Assembly (NCBI GenBank): GCA_964648335.1 | Contig: CAZYLZ010000004.1 | Coordinates: forward strand, 6,189 to 70,188 | Direction of reading: 5' to 3' | Source of the DNA: an uncultured Candidatus Saccharibacteria bacterium | GTDB lineage: Bacteria; Patescibacteriota; Minisyncoccia; Phycocordibacterales; UBA2100 | DNA length: 64,000 nucleotides | Shown here: piece after piece, positions 46,920-54,048 of the stretch | Position numbering within the stretch: position 1 is the first letter of the stretch | Layout: every line of letters starts with the position of its first letter | Notes under the pieces: model-generated | The model's database searches: none | Seen by the model: the letters and a program-made list of their open reading frames with translations, nothing else | Told to the model about the DNA's origin: nothing | Translations under genes and position numbers: made by a program

Positions 46920-48800
46920 CTAAGAACGGTTGATGATAAGCCGAGGCATACCATCGTTACCGGTAGAAAACTGCATGGTGTCGTGAGTTGTGATATCCGA
47001 GGTGACGATGACTTTCTCTGGGGCGGCAGTTGTGACAGGAGCCTCAGGAGTAATCGGTGCCTCTTCGTAAGCTGGCTCGTCGATGATGGTCTCGTCGAGG
47101 ATCATAGACTCGGGGTCGCTTGCGTGAGCAGATGCTCCCACGAGTCCCAAGACCGATCCTGCAAGGAGTCCGCGCTTGGCTACCACGAGGTAGCCTGCGA
47201 CGACCGAGAGCGATACAAGAGTGAACCAGTACATCGCGTTTCCGAACGGACCGAAGTCGATGCCGGTATACGGGATCTGCGAGAGCGATACGTACGGTGC
47301 ACCCGAGACGTTCACGTTGGTCGCACAGGTGGTCTGGCGTCCCGCGAAGTCTGCGATGGTGAGCACGTAGCTGCGCGATGCCTCTGGGCGTACTGCGAGC
47401 ACTCCCGAAGGGTTTACGTTACCCAAGCCGTCAGAGAGCCATGCACGTACGGCACCCGTCGAGTTCCAGGTAAGGTTTGCTGCAGCGCCGTTTGCAATAA
47501 CATTTGGCGTTGCCGAGATCGAGCATGCAAGGTTGCCAGGAACAGGGATTGGCGTAGGAACCGGTACTGGGATGTAGGTGCTGCCTACCACAGTCGAACA
47601 GGTGTTCGAGCGACCGTTGTTGTATACCGTGAGGGTATAGGTACGTGCGCCGTTGTTAGTACCTGGGTAGACGGTCGTGGTGCCCGCGGTCGAGACCGTT
47701 CCGACACCCGAGAGGTTTGCCGAGGTGGCGTTGTACGAGGTCCAGGTGACCGTCGCATAGCCGTTTGCGTTGATAGTAGAAGGGTTTGCAGAGATGGTGC
47801 AGGTAGGAAGCTGGACCGGCTGTGGCTGTGGAGCGACAACGGAAACCGTTGCTGCACACGAGCTCGTACCGCCTGGGCCATTAACCTGCATAGTGTAGGT
47901 GCGGTTGGTGGTGACGTTCGCTTCGGTTCGGGTACCCGAGCCTATTGCGACCTGGCCAAAGCCCGAGAGGTTTGCCTGGGTTGCATTAGTGGTCGTGTAG
48001 CCAATCGAGACGGTGCCGCCGTAGTTTACCCCCGTGACATGCAGCTGGCATGACGGAACTGGGTAGAACTGTGCCTGCACTATTGGCTGTGGGGTCACCT
48101 GGGTGACGCGAGCAACAGTAGTTACCGGAGTGACGGTGGTTACCGGGCGTGCAACCGAGGTTGCGTATCCAGTAGCGCCGTAGGATGCGCCACGAGCGCT
48201 GGTGTACGAGCCGTAGGCCTGTGCACCGTAGCTAGCTGCGCCATAGCTTGCCGATCCCATTGATACGCCGTAGCCGTCTTCGTTGACGTTAGTCCATGTG
48301 TCGGACTCCGCGACGTTAGTCCAAGTATCTGATTCATTGACGTTAGTCCACGTGTCGGACTCCGCAAGATTAGACCAGGTGTCAGACTCGGACTGGTTAT
48401 ACCAAGCATCGGTGTCACCGGTGTTTGTCCACACATCGGAAGCTGCGTTGTCGTACCATGCATCAGAAACGCCCAAATCAGCCCAGGTATCGGACGAGCC
48501 ATCGGTGTACCAAGAATCAGAGTCGCCGCCAGCATCAGTCCACGTATCAGAAGATCCGCTGTCGTACCAAGAATCCGATGAACCCGAATCATACCAACTG
48601 TCAGACGACCCACTGTCGTACCACGAATCGGACGAACCAGAGTCGTACCAACCGTCGGAATCTCCAAAACCGTCTGCGAATGCTATCTGCACCGTACCAA
48701 AAACACTGGCGAACATGATCGTCGCGACGAGTGTGGTCTGTGCTGTTGTTGCCAATGTCTTATACATACTATGCGTTGTTAAACCCTGTAATAGAGCCAT
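46920..48800 (-). CDS. Large secreted surface protein. Signal peptide, tandem SDSWYDSGS / ESDTWTNVN repeats, three Cys-bracketed domains of about 75 aa, ...YVSLSQIPYTG motif plus TM plus KRG, then a 90-aa acidic C-terminal tail.
   Basis: MYKTLATTAQTTLVATIMFASVFGTVQIAFADG signal (alternative start at 48767). Repeats CTISANPSTINANGYATVTWTSYNATSANLSGVGTV...C. C-terminal PYVSLSQIPYTGIDFGPFGNAMYWFTLVSLSVVAGYLVVAKRG. Confidence 0.7.
   Translation of the reverse strand: MALLQGLTTHSMYKTLATTAQTTLVATIMFASVFGTVQIAFADGFGDSDGWYDSGSSDSWYDSGSSDSWYDSGSSDSWYDSGSSDTWTDAGGDSDSWYTDGSSDTWADLGVSDAWYDNAASDVWTNTGDTDAWYNQSESDTWSNLAESDTWTNVNESDTWTNVAESDTWTNVNEDGYGVSMGSASYGAASYGAQAYGSYTSARGASYGATGYATSVARPVTTVTPVTTVARVTQVTPQPIVQAQFYPVPSCQLHVTGVNYGGTVSIGYTTTNATQANLSGFGQVAIGSGTRTEANVTTNRTYTMQVNGPGGTSSCAATVSVVAPQPQPVQLPTCTISANPSTINANGYATVTWTSYNATSANLSGVGTVSTAGTTTVYPGTNNGARTYTLTVYNNGRSNTCSTVVGSTYIPVPVPTPIPVPGNLACSISATPNVIANGAAANLTWNSTGAVRAWLSDGLGNVNPSGVLAVRPEASRSYVLTIADFAGRQTTCATNVNVSGAPYVSLSQIPYTGIDFGPFGNAMYWFTLVSLSVVAGYLVVAKRGLLAGSVLGLVGASAHASDPESMILDETIIDEPAYEEAPITPEAPVTTAAPEKVIVTSDITTHDTMQFSTGNDGMPRLIINRS
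48283..48665. repeat. Imperfect 27-bp tandem repeats encoding (S/E)D(S/T)W(Y/T)(D/N)xGx nonapeptide repeats.
   Basis: Top-strand units gttagtccatgtgtcggactccgcgac / gttagtccacgtgtcggactccgcaag etc. At least 5 SDSWYDSGS copies. Confidence 0.7.
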
Positions 48801-48902
48801 TATACTACTTATAAATGATTTGTCAAGAGCAAAGAAAAGAGCGGCTATAGTATAGCCGCTCTTGGAGTTTTGTCATCATCCGATTCCCAGGTCAACCCGG
48901 AA

Positions 48903-49457
48903 TCACTTCCAGGTCATCTGCGGCATGTCGAACTTGCCACCCTTCTTGCCGACTGGCTTGAGGATGATGCCTTCGCTCGCGGTTCCGGCCCACTCGCCTT
49001 CATAGCACTGCTGGGCGAAGTTCGAGCACGAACGAATCTTGATTACCCCTGCATTAGTCGGGAGCATCAACTTCGCCGTATCGTAGTCAGGATTGAAGCC
49101 GGCCGAATCTTTCTTGTTGGGCAGCACCCGCACTTGATAGCGGATGACGCGGTCGCTGCAGATTGCAGCACCGAGCACCGAACTCTTCGATTCGACCTCG
49201 GAATCGACCCGCAGACGATCCTCGATCTGGTCGATCTTGGTGGTGAACTGCACCTCGATCGGCAGATCCGAGAGATATCCTTTCGGACTCTCGACGAGCG
49301 GTCGACGCACGCCGACTGCGACATACCCCGAGCTGGACTCCGCGACCTTGATGGTCTTGTAGTCCACTTCGGTGCATTCCGGCTTCTGCGCCATAGCGCC
49401 GAACGATGACGTGACGAGCGCAGCGAGAGCTGCGGTAGCGAGAGCGAGCTTGTTCAT
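48903..49457 (-). CDS. Secreted hypothetical protein (about 184 aa) with a signal peptide.
   Basis: MNKLALATAALAALVTSSFGAMA signal peptide at an internal ATG of ORF 48903..49877. Lies in the surface-protein cluster. Confidence 0.5.
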   Translation of the reverse strand: MNKLALATAALAALVTSSFGAMAQKPECTEVDYKTIKVAESSSGYVAVGVRRPLVESPKGYLSDLPIEVQFTTKIDQIEDRLRVDSEVESKSSVLGAAICSDRVIRYQVRVLPNKKDSAGFNPDYDTAKLMLPTNAGVIKIRSCSNFAQQCYEGEWAGTASEGIILKPVGKKGGKFDMPQMTWK

Positions 49458-49675
49458 TGGATTGGTATCCTTTGCCAGTTTCACTTTTTCGCACCCTTCG
49501 AGGAGCGTCTGCAGAGGCCATAATTGCCCTCGACAGATACTCCTCGAACCTCGTGTTTGTAAAGAACGTGCATCCTCTTGCGAAGACCTGTAAGCATCCC
49601 GTGGATGTTCGTAGGTACTAACAAAAGTCGAAAAAATTGGGGTGGGCGGTGCGTACAGCACCGGCCCGACTCCCG

Positions 49676-50110
49676 TCATTGTGCAGCCGTCTTTCGACAG
49701 CCGTATTGCGTTTGCCCATCGGGACCAATTCGCGTCCCGAGATACGTTTGTCCCACTGGGCAGGGGTTTTGGCTTGGAGTTGACCGAGTTTCTTGCGACG
49801 GAATCTTTCGACATCCGTGCTGCAATTGTCCGTCTTCTCCTCTGCGGTAGCCGATCGACTTTTGTCCTTGCGGACAAATGTCGTTTCTTGGCTGCGCTCC
49901 GCCGCGACTTGCTGACCCCAAGGATGCTCCGACATGATCGGGCACCCTGACAATCATCGGCAGATCTGGCGGCAATATTTTTGCCGCTATCAAGAATGGC
50001 TTCACCATCACGTTGAATAAAACGACTAACGCGATAGTGCAGACTCCGACGGTCAAGGCTACTTTTGCGATGTCTCCACCGCCACCGCCGCCCTTTGGAT
50101 GGTCGCTCAT
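49676..50110 (-). CDS. Membrane protein with a Gly-rich N-terminus, one TM helix and two short Cys-containing repeats (CPxGQ...GxRxGxDGQxQxGCRK).
   Basis: MSDHPKGGGGGGDIAKVALTVGVCTIALVVLFNVMV... Repeats CPQGQKSIGYRRGEDGQLQHGCRK / CPVGQTYLGTRIGPDGQTQYGCRK. Confidence 0.45.
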   Translation of the reverse strand: MSDHPKGGGGGGDIAKVALTVGVCTIALVVLFNVMVKPFLIAAKILPPDLPMIVRVPDHVGASLGSASRGGAQPRNDICPQGQKSIGYRRGEDGQLQHGCRKIPSQETRSTPSQNPCPVGQTYLGTRIGPDGQTQYGCRKTAAQ

Positions 50111-50211
50111 TCTATGAGTCCCTCTTTTGTTCTTGCTCCCTTTATTATATACCAAAGAACAGGCATTGTCAATATACCCTGTTTTGGCTAAAGTATGGCT
50201 CTAAATAAGAG

Positions 50212-51351
50212 CTAAATATCGTATGTTCGAACCTCTGCGCTATCCACTGTGCCCTGGTCGTTATCGTTAGGGTCTTGGTACTGAGCACCCTCTGGAAGCG
50301 CATCGTACGAACCTCCCTCCTCACCCCATGGTGCACCCGGCGTTCCTTGGTCGTTATCATCAGAGTTTTGGTACTGCGGCACCCGCAGGCTATTCGGTGT
50401 AAACACACCACCTTGATCATTAGAATTAAAATCTCCTTCGGTAACATAGGTCCCGTCTGCTGTTTCGGTCGTGCGATACGTACCTCCCTGATCGTTATCG
50501 TAAGGGTCCTGGTAATTACTTCCATCTGAATCGCTTCGCACATAGCTATCATCGTATTCTTCGTCGAGGTATCCAAAATAGCTTTCGATTGGCTCCCATA
50601 CCGGCAAGAACACTTCGTCGTAGACAAACTCGGGCACTGCCCATACGGGCTCGAGCCACGAGTACCACGGGTCGTCGACGATTATAACCGGTGTCGAGTT
50701 GACCAACTGATATGAGGGCGAGACGACCGTCAGAGGGCGCGGTTGAGCCACGCTTCCCTGTTGTCTGATTTGGGGCGCGGCAACCGAGTTGTTCGAATTT
50801 ACGACCGAAAGCGTCGTCGCACAGCTTGCGGTGCCCGACGAGTTTTGAACCGTCATGCGGTACTGTGTCGTTACCGATGGGCTCACGATGTACGAGTCGT
50901 TTGGATCTACCGTACCGATGCCGGGAATATTTGCACCAAGTGCATCCTTCGAGCGCCACGAGATCGATGCAGAATTACCGCGTACGATCTGTGCCGGGTT
51001 TACGGCGATAGTGCAGCTGGGCATTGCCGAGCGGACAATGACCTGTGTTGCGCACGTTGTCTGTGCTCCGGAGTCGTCTTTGACTACCAGTGTGTACGAG
51101 CGGCTCTCGGTAGGCTTTACCGTGTCAGAGCCCGAAGCGGTTACCGTCTTTCCTCCCGAGAACACACCAACGATGGCGTTGTTCATGGTCCAGCTCAAGC
51201 GCGTAGATTCGCCCGGTGCAATCGTACTGGGCACCACCGCGATAGAACAGGCGGGTGTTGCCGCCAGAGCCACGACCGGGCCGAGAGATGCCGCGATGAG
51301 TGCTCCAGCAAGAACCAAGCGGGTCGTAAGGAAAGGTAAGCGCATCAGCAT
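50212..51351 (-). CDS. Secreted surface protein with two Cys-bracketed domains of about 75 aa (same family as 4605..6224 and 46920..48800) and an acidic C-terminal region with D-N-D-Q-G repeats. No C-terminal anchor.
   Basis: Signal peptide MLMRLPFLTTRLVLAGALIAASLGPVVALAATPA. Repeats CSIAVVPSTIAPGESTRLSWTMNNA...C and CTIAVNPAQIVRGNSASISWRSKDA...C. Tail ...YQDPYDNDQGG...NSNDQGG...NSDDNDQGT...PNDNDQGT. Confidence 0.65.
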   Translation of the reverse strand: MLMRLPFLTTRLVLAGALIAASLGPVVALAATPACSIAVVPSTIAPGESTRLSWTMNNAIVGVFSGGKTVTASGSDTVKPTESRSYTLVVKDDSGAQTTCATQVIVRSAMPSCTIAVNPAQIVRGNSASISWRSKDALGANIPGIGTVDPNDSYIVSPSVTTQYRMTVQNSSGTASCATTLSVVNSNNSVAAPQIRQQGSVAQPRPLTVVSPSYQLVNSTPVIIVDDPWYSWLEPVWAVPEFVYDEVFLPVWEPIESYFGYLDEEYDDSYVRSDSDGSNYQDPYDNDQGGTYRTTETADGTYVTEGDFNSNDQGGVFTPNSLRVPQYQNSDDNDQGTPGAPWGEEGGSYDALPEGAQYQDPNDNDQGTVDSAEVRTYDI

Positions 51352-51400
51352 GCCCAAAGTATACGTCCTCGCAACAGACGCATTTTCCACGAATGGGGAC

Positions 51401-51445
51401 AAAAAATACCCGGTGCCGCCTACGCAGCACCGGGTATTTTTAAAA
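51401..51445 (-). terminator. Rho-independent terminator downstream of the sortase gene.
   Basis: atacccggtgc-cgcctacgca-gcaccgggtat flanked by A/T tracts. Confidence 0.6.
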
Positions 51446-51448
51446 GAT

Positions 51449-52213
51449 TTATTGCGTAGCGTCTGGCGTCGGATATGCCGAGACAAAGTTGGCTTCGACG
51501 ACCCAGCGCGAGCTCTTTGCTCCAAAGGTGTCACAGGTGCTAAGGGTCAGCTTTTGTCCGCCGTTGCCGCTTAAGTCGATTACTTCTTCGCTCGCATCGG
51601 TCTTGCGAATCTTCGTCACTTGGTAGGTGTAGGTATAGCCGCCTCCGATGACCTCGATAAGCGCGCCATCACTTAGGTCGGGTAAGCCGTTGAAGGCTTT
51701 GTACATCTGGTTGTGCACGACCGGAAGGTGCGAACTATGGCCAAAGATAAGGACATTTCCGACCTCGCCGAGTTTGCCCGACGATGGGTAGCGCACGACC
51801 TCTTTCGTAAGAAGCGCATCGAGTGATGCGACGTTGGTGGTCGATGGATTGCCTACAGGCAAGTCGAGACCTATCGAGCGGATCACCAGGCGCGAAGGCT
51901 CGGCGATTGGTGCGTGCGCCACAACAGGCGCGAGCTCCTCGCCCAAAACCGGAAGCGCGCTGAGTGCCACGGCCATTTCCGGATGCTCTGCCAAGGGGGC
52001 AATCGCTGCAATCTCGGAGTCTGAAATAGTATAGGCCACCGGTACGTCGAAGTCGCTCGAGGCCGAGACGGTGGGCGCGCTACCGTCGACGTAGTATGGA
52101 ACAAACCCGGTCGCGAAAGCGGCCGAGAATGTGATACCGAACAGGAAGAGGCTCGCGAGCATTACTGCGGCGAGATCGCTCGGTTCTTTATGTACTCGTT
52201 TTTGTATGGCCAT
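51449..52213 (-). CDS. Sortase-family transpeptidase (membrane-anchored).
   Basis: N-terminal TM (LAAVMLASLFLFGITFSAAFA), catalytic His (NVLIFGHSSH), TLxTC cysteine motif (QKLTLSTCDTFG) and a downstream Arg (SSRWVV). Confidence 0.8.
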   Translation of the reverse strand: MAIQKRVHKEPSDLAAVMLASLFLFGITFSAAFATGFVPYYVDGSAPTVSASSDFDVPVAYTISDSEIAAIAPLAEHPEMAVALSALPVLGEELAPVVAHAPIAEPSRLVIRSIGLDLPVGNPSTTNVASLDALLTKEVVRYPSSGKLGEVGNVLIFGHSSHLPVVHNQMYKAFNGLPDLSDGALIEVIGGGYTYTYQVTKIRKTDASEEVIDLSGNGGQKLTLSTCDTFGAKSSRWVVEANFVSAYPTPDATQ

Positions 52214-52264
52214 ACGGGTTTTCGCACTGTAGCAGAGACACGGCCCCTGGCTACTGGTACCGGC

Positions 52265-52294
52265 ATATTACCATATAAATGATGCTTTTGTCAA
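52265..52294 (-). promoter_or_regulatory. Consensus sigma70-like promoter for the sortase gene (TTGACA, 18 nt, TAATAT).
   Basis: Reverse complement of tgtcaa at 52289-52294 and of atatta at 52265-52270. Confidence 0.5.
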
Positions 52295-52336
52295 TATTTG
52301 TGTTTTTGGAACCATTCATGCTAAGACCACCATTAC

Positions 52337-52365
52337 TTGACACACGACACCGTATATACTATAAT
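52337..52365 (+). promoter_or_regulatory. Perfect consensus sigma70-like promoter (TTGACA, 17 nt, TATAAT) for the 52414 gene.
   Basis: ttgaca at 52337-52342 and tataat at 52360-52365. Confidence 0.6.
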
Positions 52366-52413
52366 CCCTGCTATATTAGGAGTGCCCCGTACTAGCGAAA
52401 ATTCATACGATTT

Positions 52414-53514
52414 ATGTCCGAGATCCACAAAGAAGTGACCATCGAGAAGAAGAGCACGCTCATGAACGTGCTTTCTATCGTCGGCTTCATCATCATCGTC
52501 GGTATCGGCATCTGGGGTGCGATCAACGCGGTGCGCCTCGCTCCTTCCCTCTTTTCGACCATCGGCAATCCGTTCGCTTCGGCCTCGACCAAGCTCACGC
52601 TCAAGCTCCCCACTTCGCCAGTACAGTCGGGCACACCGTTTGCTATCACCTGGACCCACACGCCCAAAGGCGGCATCTATGCCTTTAGCTACGCCTGCAA
52701 GGACGGCTTCGCATTCCAGACAGCCGCTACCTCGACCGGCGGCTTCTCTGACATCAAGTGCCAGACCGCGTACACCATTCCGGTAACACAAAAGTCGCTT
52801 ACCTTGCTCGGTGTCTCGACCAAGAATCACTTCATGGACGTTCCGTTCGCAGTCGCCTACGTCGGCGCCGACGGCAAAAAGGCAGCAGAGGCTTCGGCGT
52901 CGCTTACCTTCGAGAACATCACCATCGCCCAGAGCCCTAACACCACCGGATCTGTCGCAACTACAACTACCGCTAAGCCTGCGACCACAGTAACGCCAGT
53001 TGTTAAGCCCACCACAACGACTCCTGCAAAGCCTGTCGTCACAACGCCAACAACGCCCACCAAGACTCGCTCGAACCCCAACGGCACGGCCGACCTCGCA
53101 GTACGCATCCTCTCGATCACTGGCAACACCAGCTATTCAAACGGCTCGCAGTACGGCGCGTACGTCGATCCTTCGCAGCTTGTATCGGTAAAGTTCGAGG
53201 TTAAGAATATCGGAGACAAAGCAACGCCATCGTGGACTTTTAACGCAGCGCTCCCAACGAACCCTCCGCAGCCGTTCTACTCGAAGGTCCAGGCGCCGTT
53301 GTATCCGGGCGACCGTGTCGAGTACACACTTACCTTCGACCACATCATCCCGGGCGCCTTCATGGTCACGGTAGACCCGACACAGCAGGTATACGAGGCA
53401 AGCGAGAGCAACAACGTCGTCTCGTACCCAATCGAGGTAAACTCGTACCAGCCGGTACCACAGCCACAGCCCTACTATCCGACCGTCTACGACAACGGCT
53501 ACGGCACCTACTAA
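52414..53514 (+). CDS. Membrane-anchored surface protein with Thr/Pro-rich linker and a C-terminal beta-sandwich (CARDB-like) domain.
   Basis: N-terminal TM (LMNVLSIVGFIIIVGIGIWGAI); TTTAKPATTVTPVVKPTTTTPAKPVVTTPTTPTKT linker; ...ADLAVRILSITGNTSY...KFEVKNIGDKATPSWTFNAALP resembles CARDB. Confidence 0.55.
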   Translation: MSEIHKEVTIEKKSTLMNVLSIVGFIIIVGIGIWGAINAVRLAPSLFSTIGNPFASASTKLTLKLPTSPVQSGTPFAITWTHTPKGGIYAFSYACKDGFAFQTAATSTGGFSDIKCQTAYTIPVTQKSLTLLGVSTKNHFMDVPFAVAYVGADGKKAAEASASLTFENITIAQSPNTTGSVATTTTAKPATTVTPVVKPTTTTPAKPVVTTPTTPTKTRSNPNGTADLAVRILSITGNTSYSNGSQYGAYVDPSQLVSVKFEVKNIGDKATPSWTFNAALPTNPPQPFYSKVQAPLYPGDRVEYTLTFDHIIPGAFMVTVDPTQQVYEASESNNVVSYPIEVNSYQPVPQPQPYYPTVYDNGYGTY

Positions 53515-53534
53515 AAAGATATCCACAGAAAACT

Positions 53535-53567
53535 AAAGCCCCCTTTCGGGGGCTTTAGTTTTCTGTA
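53535..53567 (+). terminator. Rho-independent terminator.
   Basis: aaagccccc-tttc-gggggcttt + AGTTTTCTG. Confidence 0.7.
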
Positions 53568-53796
53568 TAATCGTACACTGGTCCCTGTGCCGAAACGCTC
53601 CGTATATTCCTACGCTCGAGATATTTTCTCACTTGAGCACGTACAAAGGAATTTGGGTAAATAACCCTCGGGGCGTTTTTGAGCGCCTGCCGCCGCAATC
53701 TCTTTTACAAATACACACGCCGCAGCAGCTGCGTGCGTAAGTCTTTTCATTCGCAGCAGTAGCTAAAAAAGGTCGCTGTCTGCCGCTGTTGCGGCA

Positions 53797-53946
53797 GCGC
53801 TGACTCTCGCGTCGTCACGCTGCGAGACACCTTTTTATACCTACCTGCTGCCGGGAATGGAATACAGGAATCCCTGTATTTAAAACACCCGCTGCCCATG
53901 CTTTAAAACCGTGTCTCGCAGGCAGACGTGCCGAGAGTCAGCGCTG
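53797..53946. repeat. Nested long inverted repeats forming a 150-nt imperfect hairpin in the gyrB-downstream noncoding region.
   Basis: cagcgctgactctcg at 53797-53811 pairs with cgagagtcagcgctg at 53932-53946. ctgcgagacac at 53820-53830 pairs with gtgtctcgcag at 53910-53920. Inner hairpin aatacagg/cctgtatt near 53860-53882. A further inverted pair gctgccCatGctttaaaaccgt (53893-53914) / acggttttaaagTatggcagc (53961-53982). Confidence 0.6.
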
Positions 53947-54048
53947 GGCGAGCACGCCCAGATAGCGACGGTTTTAAAGTATGGCAGCTATAAAGAAGAC
54001 TTAACGCACCTGGCTTTGCAGGGCGTGCGTATGTTCGATCAAAAAAAC

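Noticed and set aside
53570-54048. tmRNA or RNase P RNA in the structured gyrB-downstream region
   Set aside because: I searched by eye for the tmRNA tag-frame pattern (…GCN GCN TAA) and 5' GGGG / 3' T-arm-CCA context and for the RNase P P4 or GGAAAGTCCGG consensus on both strands. I found neither. It is left as an unclassified structured region.
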